A DNA stretch of 64,000 nucleotides. It comes from a virus. The stretch lies in IMG/VR virus record IMGVR_UViG_3300013426_000002, positions 32,001 to 96,000 of that record; one strand, 5' to 3'. Both the position numbers and the translations under genes were made by a program. The notes under the pieces were generated by a model that had not been told where the DNA came from, did no database searches, and saw only the letters and a program-made list of their open reading frames with translations. This document shows, in pieces, positions 1 through 8,457 of the stretch (position 1 is its first letter; each line of letters begins with the position of its first letter).

Positions 1-643
1 AGAAGCTGGTAAAGCAGCTTTCAATGCTGAAATGAAACGTCAGGCTTCAGAAATTGCAGCAGACCGTCAGGGTTATGCTAATCGCGTAGAGAAACGTAAA
101 CGCGCTGAGATAGAACGTCTTGCAATGATCGCAGAGCGTAGAAAATCACGTAAAGATAAGATTTTTGCAGAACATCTTAAACAACAAAAGATTCAACAAT
201 TGAATCTTAAACGTTTTATAGAATCTGAAAAAATTCGTCTAGCACGAAAAGAAGAAAAACGTGTTAAGTATCTTACTAAGGGTGGAATAAAAGTTCCCAA
301 AGTAAAGACTAATGTTGCTTTAGATAAAACTAGAGCAGAAGAATATATTAAAGCTGCTGAAACAAAAATGAAGGATGAAAAAATACGATATTTGATACGT
401 ATTGCATCAATAGCTTCATCAGAAATTATAAGTGATTCTGTTTGTGCATTTATTTGTAAACCAGAAGAACTTAGTAAACGTATGAAAGAAGCTCACAATA
501 AACATATGAAAGAAGAACCCGATACTTATGTAGGTATTTACGCTTACTCCGGTATTGGAAAAGATCAAGAGTGTGTAAGTGAGATGCTAAACGATAAATT
601 TAAAGATCGTAGTAGAGTTAATCCTGAAAGCAAAGCAGCATAA
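1..643 (+). CDS. Hypothetical Lys/Arg/Glu-rich protein, 5'-truncated by the window edge
   Basis: The reading frame of the 32..643 ORF stays open back to position 2, with no stop before the ATG at 32. The gene therefore probably starts outside the window. The sequence is a highly charged, coiled-coil-like KRE-rich stretch with no recognisable catalytic motif. Confidence 0.45.
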   Translation, partial: EAGKAAFNAEMKRQASEIAADRQGYANRVEKRKRAEIERLAMIAERRKSRKDKIFAEHLKQQKIQQLNLKRFIESEKIRLARKEEKRVKYLTKGGIKVPKVKTNVALDKTRAEEYIKAAETKMKDEKIRYLIRIASIASSEIISDSVCAFICKPEELSKRMKEAHNKHMKEEPDTYVGIYAYSGIGKDQECVSEMLNDKFKDRSRVNPESKAA

Positions 644-679
644 TATAGCACAGGGGTGCGTCTGTCTAACGCACAATAT

Positions 680-751
680 CGCAGGATGGCGCAAAGGTAG
701 CGCGTTGGTTTCACGAGCCAAAGGTTGATAGTTCGAATCTATCTCCTGCAA
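680..751 (+). tRNA. tRNA, anticodon CAC (Val by standard decoding), with a C1-A72 mismatch
   Basis: A cloverleaf can be drawn by hand. The acceptor stem is CGCAGGA/TCCTGCA (6 bp plus a C1.A72 mismatch), followed by U8. The D arm is GCGC-AAAGGTA-GCGC. The anticodon arm is TTGGT-TTCACGA-GCCAA, with U33 and anticodon CAC at 712-714. The variable region is AGGTT, the T arm is GATAG-TTCGAAT-CTATC, and the discriminator is A751. Confidence 0.75.
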
Positions 752-767
752 CTAATTAACCATAGCT

Positions 768-2684
768 ATGAAGATTAAAGATAAGACTTGTATAGTCTTT
801 GATATTGAAGTTTTAAAGAATATATTTACTTGTACTTGTAAAAATACTGAAACAAAACAAATTACAGTATTTGAAATATCTCCAAGAAGAGTAGATATAC
901 AAGAATTAGTTACATTCTTTTATGAAGATTTTTATTTTGTAGGTTATAATAATATACATTATGATAATCCGATTCTAAACTATATTATAATGTTATATAA
1001 TAAACATTATTTTAATAGTTATAGTACTAGAGAATTAACAGAATCAATATTTAGAATGAGTCAATTGATAATTGATAAAAATTCTGATTTTGATTTATGG
1101 AAAGAGTATAAGTATGCTAGAAACTTCTTATCAATAGATTTATTAACAATGTTATATTCTAAAGCTTTACGAGTATCTTTAAAAGAGATGCAAGTAACAA
1201 TGCAATATAAGAATGTAGAAGAGTTTGTAGTAGATTGGCATCAAGATCTTCCTGAAAAGGATATGGATAGATTAATTTCATATAATATAAATGATGTAGA
1301 ATCTACTGAAGAATTGCTATATCGCTGTAAAGATTTATTAGAATTACGTATAGAAACTGAAAAAGACTTTGGATTGCCTTGTTTAAGTTTAGATCGAGTA
1401 AATCTTGGGGACAAATTACTTCAATTAAAAGTAATGGAAAAAACAGGATTAAATAAAAAGCAATTGGAGAATATGAAATCTCCAGCTGATTATGTTGATC
1501 TTGAAAAAGTAATATTTCCTTGGATAAAATTTGAATCTCCAATATTACAAAAAAAGTTAACTGATATGAAAAATCAGCATCATGTTTCACCAGGTAGAAA
1601 AGGATATATAAATACTTTCATATTTGGTGAAATGGAAGTAACTATTGGAGTAGGTGGTATTCATGGTGATAATGGTACTTGTATTATTAAACCAAATGAA
1701 GATGAATTATTATTAGATAGTGACGTTAATTCACTATACCCATCACTTATGAGAATGTATCATCTTTACCCACCCAAGCTAAAGGACGTATTAGGACAAA
1801 TATTCCCACAAATTATTGATGATCGTTTAGAATTTAAGAGAACTGGTCAAAAGAATAAAAATGAAACATACAAATATATGTTAAACGGTGTATCAGGTAA
1901 AATGCAAGATGAAACATCTTGGTTATATTCTCCATTTACTGTTATGCAAGTAAGAATTAATGGTCAATTGCTGCTTTTAATGCTTGCTGAGAGGCTTTTA
2001 AAGTTAGGATGTAAGTTATATCAGATTAATACTGATGGTATCTTATATAAGCTTAAAAAGGCAAAATATAAAGAATTACAGCAGATTTTAAAAGAATGGG
2101 AAGAGCTTACTATGCTTACCCTAGAAACTGAAGAATTTACTCAGTTTTATCAATTGGCAATTAATGACTATTTTGGAGTAGAACCAAACAATAAGATAAA
2201 AAAGAAAGGATTTTTTTTAACTGATGTTGAATTAGGTAAAGGTTTAACCCCTAAAATTATACCTGAAGCAATTATTAACTATTTTGTAAATAATGTCCCG
2301 GTAGAAACTACTATTAAATCATGTAGAGATATACGTAAATTTTTACAAGCTGAAAAAACTGGAAAACAATGGACAGTTGAATATAATGATCAAATTCAAC
2401 AAAGAACCAACCGTTTTTACGTTAGTAAAAGTGGATTTTATTTATGGAAATGGAAATTAGATGATACTGGTAAAAAGTCTTATCAGATTATGTTAAAAGA
2501 TTATGGAGTTAAATTACATAATAGATTTTATTCTGATGAAGATTTACAATGGAAATATTCCCAAGGAGAAACATTCCAAAGTATATATGATATAAATTAT
2601 CAGTATTACATAAATCAATGTATAAAAATAATTGAAAAACTAAAACCAAAACAGCTAAATCTGTTTAATTTTGACGAATATTAA
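768..2684 (+). CDS. polB: Family-B DNA polymerase with 3'-5' exonuclease domain
   Basis: 638 aa. Exonuclease motifs are present: VFDIEV (ExoI), NNIHYDNPIL (ExoII) and YNINDVES (ExoIII). Polymerase motif A is LDSDVNSLYPS (DxxSLYPS), motif B is KYMLNGVSGK, and motif C is the variant YQINTDGI. Confidence 0.85.
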   Translation: MKIKDKTCIVFDIEVLKNIFTCTCKNTETKQITVFEISPRRVDIQELVTFFYEDFYFVGYNNIHYDNPILNYIIMLYNKHYFNSYSTRELTESIFRMSQLIIDKNSDFDLWKEYKYARNFLSIDLLTMLYSKALRVSLKEMQVTMQYKNVEEFVVDWHQDLPEKDMDRLISYNINDVESTEELLYRCKDLLELRIETEKDFGLPCLSLDRVNLGDKLLQLKVMEKTGLNKKQLENMKSPADYVDLEKVIFPWIKFESPILQKKLTDMKNQHHVSPGRKGYINTFIFGEMEVTIGVGGIHGDNGTCIIKPNEDELLLDSDVNSLYPSLMRMYHLYPPKLKDVLGQIFPQIIDDRLEFKRTGQKNKNETYKYMLNGVSGKMQDETSWLYSPFTVMQVRINGQLLLLMLAERLLKLGCKLYQINTDGILYKLKKAKYKELQQILKEWEELTMLTLETEEFTQFYQLAINDYFGVEPNNKIKKKGFFLTDVELGKGLTPKIIPEAIINYFVNNVPVETTIKSCRDIRKFLQAEKTGKQWTVEYNDQIQQRTNRFYVSKSGFYLWKWKLDDTGKKSYQIMLKDYGVKLHNRFYSDEDLQWKYSQGETFQSIYDINYQYYINQCIKIIEKLKPKQLNLFNFDEY

Positions 2685-2729
2685 CAAAGAATATCATACT
2701 CTAGAACAGACGAATTAAAATAATTCATT

Positions 2730-3290
2730 ATGCTACTAGAAATAGATACAAGTCTATTGAAAAAGATAGACAATCTTTCATTAAGTCAGCTAGTATTTTT
2801 AAATCTTGTATTAGACAACAATCAAAAATCTATCAAAGAGGTCAAAGACATCGTTAGCCAGGTCAGCAACAATGATATACAAGATTTAATCGACAGAGGT
2901 TTTCTTATCAAAGAAGAAAAAGCTAAAAAAGTTTCATATAAAGAGACTGAACTATTAGTAAATATTATTACTGATAATGTAGATTTATTCGAAGAATTTA
3001 AAAAGCATTATCCCATAGTAGTAACAAGACCTGATGGTACTAAAGGCTTTTTACAAGGTAATTCAAAGAAATGTAAAACTCTATATAACAAAATCATTAA
3101 AAATGATATTATTTTACACAATCATATTGTTAAGTGCTTAGAAAAAGAAGTATCTGACAAACTTATGAATGGTAAAATAGGTTATATGAAGACTATGTGG
3201 AAATGGCTTACCAACTCTGAGTGGGAAATCTATGAAGAACAAATTAATGAACCAATAAACAATAATATCTATGGAACAGAACTTATCTAG
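2730..3290 (+). CDS. Hypothetical protein of the replication module
   Basis: 186-aa ORF that overlaps the helicase start by 20 nt, consistent with translational coupling. No motif was recognised. Its position immediately upstream of the helicase suggests a loader or organiser role, but this is only an inference. Confidence 0.5.
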   Translation: MLLEIDTSLLKKIDNLSLSQLVFLNLVLDNNQKSIKEVKDIVSQVSNNDIQDLIDRGFLIKEEKAKKVSYKETELLVNIITDNVDLFEEFKKHYPIVVTRPDGTKGFLQGNSKKCKTLYNKIIKNDIILHNHIVKCLEKEVSDKLMNGKIGYMKTMWKWLTNSEWEIYEEQINEPINNNIYGTELI

Positions 3291-3468
3291 TCCATTACCA
3301 TTTAAACATATATCTGTAGCTGCTGATGAAGCAGTGGCTTATATAAAACAGCGTAAGAATCATGAAATTGAACCACTTAAAAGTAGATGGAACAAGTTTA
3401 ATTTTATGTGCTGTGGTGGTATTGAACCCGGATGTGTTTATACTATAGTAGGTGCCTCTGGCACTGGT
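3271..3468 (+). CDS. DnaB-type replicative helicase, exon 1 (ends in the first half of Walker A)
   Basis: This 66-aa segment ends ...CVYTIVGASGTG. The annotated ORF then runs into SCN-stop, which is intron sequence. The second half of the P-loop (KSSF) is found at 4449. Confidence 0.8.
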
Positions 3469-4448
3469 AGTTGTAATTAAATTTACAATTCTTAAAACTA
3501 ATTTCTTTAAAGTCAGTTTCTATTATATTAATAAATATATTAGAAATGAAAAAAGAACGAACAATATTTGATTTTACTATATTTGATCAAATAGATTCTG
3601 AAGAAAAAGCATACTGGTTGGGATTTATTTATGCAGATGGTAATATTTCTTCTCATAAAGAAGGAGTTAAGAAAAGATATAATTTTGAATTGTCTTTATC
3701 TACTAAAGATATTAATCATTTGTATAAATTTCAAAAGTTTTTAAAATCCAATAAAGAACCAAAAATATCAATTGCTGGAAACTTATATAAATATGAACGT
3801 TGTAGAATAATTTTATCAAATAAACATTTATGGAACATTTTAAATAATTATGGTTGTGTTCCTAAAAAATCATTAACATTAAAATTCCCAAATGAAACTA
3901 TTTTTAAAGATAAAGCTTTAATTAAAGATTTCATTAGAGGTTATTTTGATGGAGATGGTTGTATTAGTTATTGTGATAATAAACACGAACATATGACAAT
4001 CTCTATATTAGGTACTAAAGAATTTTTAGAAACACTTCAGAATTATCTACCATTAGAAAAAGAAAATAAAATTCATAAACATAAAAATGTATATTTATTA
4101 AGTTTTCAAAGAAGTAGAGGCAAATATATATTAAATTATTTATATAGTAATTCAACAATTTTTCTAGAAAGAAAAGAAATTAGATATAAAGAATACTGCC
4201 GTCTATATTAGGAATAATATAGAATATTATCGGGCAAATACGGGGGAAGTCTGAAACGATAATCCCGTGGTAAATAAATTAGATTACGAAAGGCTAACTA
4301 TCACCGTACAGCGTAGAAGATGAATAAATATAATTCTTCCAAGAGTGTCCGATATCCCAACTGAAACAAGTGGATAAAAAGGTACGCGGAGCTATAGAGA
4401 ATAAAATCTATAGAAATTGAGATAAAAAGCTCAATGATAACAAAACTG
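3469..4448 (+). mobile_element. Group-I-like self-splicing intron (980 nt) carrying a homing endonuclease ORF
   Basis: Exon 1 ends in U (..ACUGGU, 3463-3468), which can pair with intron GUCAGU (3512-3517) as a P1 helix with the U.G wobble at the splice site. The intron ends in G (..AAAACUG, 4448). Joining 3468 to 4449 is in frame and restores GASGTG|KSSF, which is Walker A GxxGxGKS. The 237 nt after the endonuclease ORF (4212-4448) are non-coding, GC-richer than the surroundings and full of hairpins, for example ACGGG..CCCGT and CTATAGA..TCTATAG. Confidence 0.75.
3546..4211 (+). CDS. LAGLIDADG homing endonuclease (double-motif), intron-encoded
   Basis: 221 aa with two LAGLIDADG motifs, YWLGFIYADGNIS and FIRGYFDGDGCIS. 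It lies entirely inside the helicase-interrupting sequence. Confidence 0.85.
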   Translation: MKKERTIFDFTIFDQIDSEEKAYWLGFIYADGNISSHKEGVKKRYNFELSLSTKDINHLYKFQKFLKSNKEPKISIAGNLYKYERCRIILSNKHLWNILNNYGCVPKKSLTLKFPNETIFKDKALIKDFIRGYFDGDGCISYCDNKHEHMTISILGTKEFLETLQNYLPLEKENKIHKHKNVYLLSFQRSRGKYILNYLYSNSTIFLERKEIRYKEYCRLY

Positions 4449-5207
4449 AAATCATCATTTGTAAATACGCTTGAAACTGACTTAATTGAACTTAATCCTG
4501 ATAAGGAATTAGTTGTATTATCATTTTCTTTCGAAATGCTCTCTAGTAGACAAGTAGGAAGAAAATTATCTAATAAGTTGCGTCACACAACTTCAGAACT
4601 GTATAGTGCATTAGAAGATGTTACTGATAAATTACTTAAGGATATTGAAAAAGAAGTAGAAGTAATTAAACAATATCCTATCTACTATGTAGATGAATCA
4701 GCTACAGTAAGCAAGATAGAAGATACTATAACATATTTTCAAAATACGATTGCAAAAGATAAATGGCTTATTATATTTCTAGATCATACATTATTGGTCG
4801 AAGGAAATGATACTAATGATGAGCGTAAAATTATAGCTGCATTAGAAAGAGTATTTATTAGAGCTAAGAAAGTCGGTAAAACAAGTATAATTCAACTTTC
4901 TCAGATGAATCGTAATATTGAAATGCCTGAAAGGATTATAAATCCGTCAAGTCATTATCCTATGAGAAGTGACTTGTCATCCTCAGATTCTGTATTTCAA
5001 GGCAGTGACGTTATAGCAGTTTTATCAAGACCTGAAACATTGGGTATTACTGCATACGGGCCGTCACGATTACCTGTACAAAATAAAGTATATCTACACT
5101 TTCTAAAAGTTAGAGAAGGCAAATTAGCCATACTTGAATATGAGAACGACCTGCAATATAACAACTTAATTGAGGTAGATAGATCTGAGAATAAACCACA
5201 ATATTAA
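4449..5207 (+). CDS. DnaB-type replicative helicase, exon 2
   Basis: It starts KSSFVNT (the second half of Walker A) and contains Walker B-like IIFLDHTLLVEG and the DnaB motif IIQLSQMNRN (SQLxR type). The five codons MITKL of the annotated 4434 ORF are intron sequence. The spliced product is 318 aa. Confidence 0.8.
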   Translation, partial: KSSFVNTLETDLIELNPDKELVVLSFSFEMLSSRQVGRKLSNKLRHTTSELYSALEDVTDKLLKDIEKEVEVIKQYPIYYVDESATVSKIEDTITYFQNTIAKDKWLIIFLDHTLLVEGNDTNDERKIIAALERVFIRAKKVGKTSIIQLSQMNRNIEMPERIINPSSHYPMRSDLSSSDSVFQGSDVIAVLSRPETLGITAYGPSRLPVQNKVYLHFLKVREGKLAILEYENDLQYNNLIEVDRSENKPQY

Positions 5208-5225
5208 TTTAAATTTTTGGCTAAC

Positions 5226-5741
5226 ATGACTACGACATTTTTGAATAAAAAGGGTAACAATAATAACTTTAACTTTAACGCTTACGATTTCTTGAATCCG
5301 TATTACGAGAAAATCAGTAAGAAAAAAGATGATAATTATATTGACAATCTTCTTACTAAAGCCTTTAAGAACCTAGTCCCTTGGGCAAAGAAAGAAGATA
5401 AGAAAGACAATATTTATATCATTTTCGGTGATGAACCGACGAAGAAATATACGTTTAAAAAACCGGATTATACTATTACAAGTATTTCTCCGGCTATTTT
5501 GAATCTGGAATGGAATAAGGCTGCTACACATTTGTTAGAATGTGCATATTATGCTAGTAATCCTACTTATGATTTTCTCATTGGTGATACTCCAATTAAA
5601 ATTCATGGTAATTATATTCAGGTAGGTTCTGAAATTATTCCAACGTTTACTCATTCTAATTTCTTTACTACAATGAAGAAAGAGGATCAGATTAATATTT
5701 ATAATATTGCAGTAGAAATTAATGCCATTTTTGCTGCGTAA
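5226..5741 (+). CDS. Hypothetical protein
   Basis: The ORF track starts at a TTG at 5217, and the first ATG is at 5226. No motif was recognised. Confidence 0.55.
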   Translation: MTTTFLNKKGNNNNFNFNAYDFLNPYYEKISKKKDDNYIDNLLTKAFKNLVPWAKKEDKKDNIYIIFGDEPTKKYTFKKPDYTITSISPAILNLEWNKAATHLLECAYYASNPTYDFLIGDTPIKIHGNYIQVGSEIIPTFTHSNFFTTMKKEDQINIYNIAVEINAIFAA

Positions 5742-5760
5742 TTATTAACAAAAACTTTTC

Positions 5761-5790
5761 AGATTCTTTCAAATTCTATCAAATTCTTTC
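5761..5790. repeat. Three tandem 10-bp repeats, A(G/A)ATTCT(T/A)TC-type
   Basis: The units are agattctttc, aaattctatc and aaattctttc, head to tail. They lie in the 92-nt gap upstream of the Sak4-like ATPase gene. Confidence 0.6.
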
Positions 5791-5833
5791 GTAACTTATC
5801 AAACTACATCTGAAAAGGTAAAAACATCTTAAT

Positions 5834-6577
5834 ATGATATCATTACCTACAGAAAAAGTAAAAGCAAAAGTAAATAATCCTAGATTTTTGATTATTTACG
5901 GTCGACCTAAAACTGGTAAAACTAGTTGTGCAGCGGCTCTAGAAAATAATTTAATTGTTGACCTAGAGGGTGGCTCTGAATTCTTAGATGCGTTAGCAGT
6001 ACAAGCAAGAACTGTTAATGATTTAGCTGAAATTGCAAACGCAATTAGAGAAAAAATTAAAGAAACAGGTAAAAAGCCATATAAATATATTACTATAGAT
6101 AATGCTACACGATTAGAAGAAATATGTCTATCTTATGCAGGTACTCTCTATAAAGCTCAACCTCAGGGAAAATCTTGGCAAGGTACTGATGTTAGACTGC
6201 TTCCACAAGGAGCAGGATATCAATATATTAGACTCGCTGTAAGAAAAGTTATTGATATGTTTAAAGAACTTACCGATAACTTAATTCTTATTGGTCATAC
6301 TAAGGATAAGATGATTAATAAGAATGGTGAGGATATGACAGAAATGTCATTAGATCTTGTAGGTAAACTAGGAGATATTGTATGTGGTGAAGCTGATGCA
6401 GTAGGTTTTATGTATCGAAAAGGTAATGAAACAATTATCAATTTCGATAGTAAAGACGAAACTACTAAAGGAGCAAGAGCACCTCACTTACGTGAGCAAA
6501 AAATAGTAATTGCAGAAAGCAACGAAAACAATGAATTAATATTTCATTGGGACAGAATTTATTTACCAGAAATTTAA
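5834..6577 (+). CDS. Sak4-like / RecA-fold AAA ATPase (recombination)
   Basis: Walker A is LIIYGRPKTGKTS and the Walker B-like segment is YITIDNATRLEE. The size (247 aa) and the position next to an SSB are typical of phage AAA_24/Sak4-type annealing ATPases. Confidence 0.65.
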   Translation: MISLPTEKVKAKVNNPRFLIIYGRPKTGKTSCAAALENNLIVDLEGGSEFLDALAVQARTVNDLAEIANAIREKIKETGKKPYKYITIDNATRLEEICLSYAGTLYKAQPQGKSWQGTDVRLLPQGAGYQYIRLAVRKVIDMFKELTDNLILIGHTKDKMINKNGEDMTEMSLDLVGKLGDIVCGEADAVGFMYRKGNETIINFDSKDETTKGARAPHLREQKIVIAESNENNELIFHWDRIYLPEI

Positions 6578-6600
6578 GTTAACCAAAAATTAAAAAAGAT

Positions 6601-7209
6601 ATGTATAGTTCCGAAAGAGCCAAAACCATTGTAAAAAAAGACGTAGCACACTTATCAGCAGGTATTGAAGATAATGTATTGTTAACTGCAGTAAGATTTG
6701 ATAAATCTGCTAATGGTAACATGTTTATTGAATTCAAGTTTGAAAAAGAAGGTAAAACATTAACTCATACTGAATGGGAACCAACTAAAAGAGATGACGA
6801 AACAGAAGAAAGCTTTCAGAATAAATGTGATAATCAGTTTTCAAGAATCGAACAAATCATGAAATGTTATTATCCTAATCCTGAAGATCGTCAATTTGTT
6901 GGAGAAAACTTTACCCAATTTGCTCAGTGGGTTACAAATATGCTAAATAAAGCAGATTTAAATACTTTGCTGAGAGTTAAGATTGTATACAACAATGGAG
7001 GTTATACTACATTACCTAAGTATGCAAAATATACGTTTATTGAACCAATGTCTTTGGTTAACGAAAATAAGTCTGTTATTGTAAAATTGGGTATCGACCA
7101 ATTCGAGAAACCAATTGTAGCAGATTTAGAAAAAGCTAATCCTAATCCTTTCAATGTTGAAAGCACTATGGATTCTAATAATGCCGATCCTAACGGATTG
7201 CCATTTTAA
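6601..7209 (+). CDS. Single-stranded-DNA-binding protein candidate
   Basis: 202 aa. It ends ...NNADPNGLPF-stop, which resembles the acidic D-(I/L)-P-F tip of bacterial and phage SSBs. It sits directly downstream of the Sak4-like ATPase. Confidence 0.5.
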   Translation: MYSSERAKTIVKKDVAHLSAGIEDNVLLTAVRFDKSANGNMFIEFKFEKEGKTLTHTEWEPTKRDDETEESFQNKCDNQFSRIEQIMKCYYPNPEDRQFVGENFTQFAQWVTNMLNKADLNTLLRVKIVYNNGGYTTLPKYAKYTFIEPMSLVNENKSVIVKLGIDQFEKPIVADLEKANPNPFNVESTMDSNNADPNGLPF

Positions 7210-7343
7210 AATATAATTCTATTTGCGCAATAGAACGAAGACTTCTCACGCTTAGCATATTGACAATTAAGTTAATGATAGCGTACCAGGAGAACCAGAT
7301 CGTATGCTGGCACTGACCACACAGGGGGTAATATAAAGGTGGA

Positions 7344-7438
7344 GAAGAGTAAGCACATAAGCAGATGTGTGAATGGACCTAATACAAATGCTAACTAGCA
7401 TGTATTTAAATGGGGTGGTTCGAGTCCACCACTCTTCA
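7344..7438 (+). ncRNA. tRNA-like element (canonical acceptor stem and T arm, non-canonical middle)
   Basis: GAAGAGT (7344-7350) pairs perfectly with ACTCTTC (7431-7437), and the discriminator is A. The T arm GGTGG-TTCGAGT-CCACC (7414-7430) is canonical. The interior folds into GCACAT-AAGCAG-ATGTGT and a long hairpin AATAC-AA-ATGCT-AACT-AGCAT-GTATT instead of normal D and anticodon arms. I could not find a 7-nt anticodon loop. Confidence 0.35.
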
Positions 7439-7458
7439 CTTATTTAAATTCGTATCAT

Positions 7459-8457
7459 ATGTATGACTCTACAAAAATAAAACAACAAAATGATCCAATT
7501 ACTTTGGATTATATTTTATCAAAAGTCACAGAGTATGATATTTATGCTCGATATATTGGACAATTCAAGATTGGTTTTATATACAATAGTCCATTTAGAG
7601 AAGATAAAAATCCTTCATTTGGAATATTCAGAAGTAGAAAATCAGGTAAATTACTATTTAAAGATCATGGAAATGGTGATTGTGGGGATGTTATTAAATT
7701 TGTAGAGCTTTATACAGGTTTGACAAATTATAATGACATATTAAATAGAATTATAACCGATATGTCTATTACTAATAATACCAAACTAAAAAGTACAAAA
7801 ATATATGAGTCTAAAGATACTGTAATAGGTGTTGTTAGACAAGATTGGACAGATATTGATAAACAATATTGGTCACAGTTTGGTATTACTAAGGAAACAT
7901 TAACCAAATTTAACGTATCTAGTATAAAATATTACTTATGTGATGGTGTTGTTAAAGGTATATATAAAGATAATAATCCTATGTATGCTTATAAAGTATA
8001 TGATCATTTCAAAATTTATAGACCATTAGCAGATAAATATACTAAGTGGCGTAATAATCTAACTCCTTATGATATTCAAGGGTATGAACAATTACCTAAA
8101 AAAGGTGATTTATTGATTATTACTAAATCATTGAAAGATGTTATGTGTTTATATGAAATGGGATATGCTGCAATATCACCATCATCAGAAAGTACTTTTA
8201 TACCAGATAAAGTATTAAAGCAACTTAAATGTAGATTTAAAAATATAATTGTTATCTACGATCGAGACAAAGCAGGATGTAAAAATTTACGTAAAATTAC
8301 AACAACTTATAGACTAAAACCGTTATTAATCCGTAAAAATTTTAAAGCAAAAGATATTTCTGATGCTATCAAACTTAATAGTTTTGAAACTATAAAAAAT
8401 TGGATTAATAATGAGTTCAGGAAACAAAGAAATTTGGAAAAAGATAGAAGATTATGA
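7459..8457 (+). CDS. DnaG-type (Toprim) DNA primase
   Basis: YNSPFREDKNPSFGIF resembles the CPFHxEKTPSF primase N-terminal motif with the Cys residues lost. The Toprim DxD motif is IIVIYDRDKAG. The last 14 codons (FRKQ..RRL) overlap the HNH gene and look like a replaced tail. Confidence 0.75.
   Translation: MYDSTKIKQQNDPITLDYILSKVTEYDIYARYIGQFKIGFIYNSPFREDKNPSFGIFRSRKSGKLLFKDHGNGDCGDVIKFVELYTGLTNYNDILNRIITDMSITNNTKLKSTKIYESKDTVIGVVRQDWTDIDKQYWSQFGITKETLTKFNVSSIKYYLCDGVVKGIYKDNNPMYAYKVYDHFKIYRPLADKYTKWRNNLTPYDIQGYEQLPKKGDLLIITKSLKDVMCLYEMGYAAISPSSESTFIPDKVLKQLKCRFKNIIVIYDRDKAGCKNLRKITTTYRLKPLLIRKNFKAKDISDAIKLNSFETIKNWINNEFRKQRNLEKDRRL

Noticed and set aside
654-674. The hairpin GTGCG-TCTGTCTAA-CGCAC after the first ORF as a terminator
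   Set aside because: The stem is only 5 bp and has no downstream T-tract. It sits immediately 5' of the tRNA, so it may simply be part of the tRNA precursor leader. The evidence is not strong enough to call it.
3271-3480. The 69-aa ORF as a complete small gene
   Set aside because: It ends three codons after an incomplete P-loop (GASGTG-SCN-stop). The missing KS(S/T) and the rest of the helicase follow in frame at 4449. It is therefore exon 1 plus read-through into the intron.
3469-4448. An intein, rather than an intron, interrupting the helicase (and likewise the RNA polymerase at 22787-23658)
   Set aside because: Stop codons separate the host frame from the LAGLIDADG ORFs. Each endonuclease has its own ATG, and on at least one side a long non-coding, structured flank separates it from the exon. 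The splice-site features (U before the site, G at the intron end, a P1 pairing) fit RNA splicing. No Cys/Ser N-extein junction or HN-C/S/T motif is present.
7237-7438. tmRNA spanning the SSB-primase gap
   Set aside because: The candidate 5' strand GAAGACT (7237-7243) pairs with only 6 of 7 positions. The molecule would be about 200 nt, which is short for tmRNA. The acceptor lacks the G3.U70 alanine identity pair. I could not identify a resume codon or tag ORF.
7490-7705. The 71-aa ORF overlapping the primase N-terminus, with similar internal ORFs at 1303..1590(-), 11905..12105(-), 42485..42755(+), 45356..45577(+), 47240..47452(+), 48612..48914(+), 49240..49497(+), 49968..50480(+) and 50586..50771(-)
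   Set aside because: All are nested in better-supported genes in another frame or on the other strand. They have hydrophobic or low-complexity translations typical of AT-rich shadow frames, and they lack gene-like spacing.
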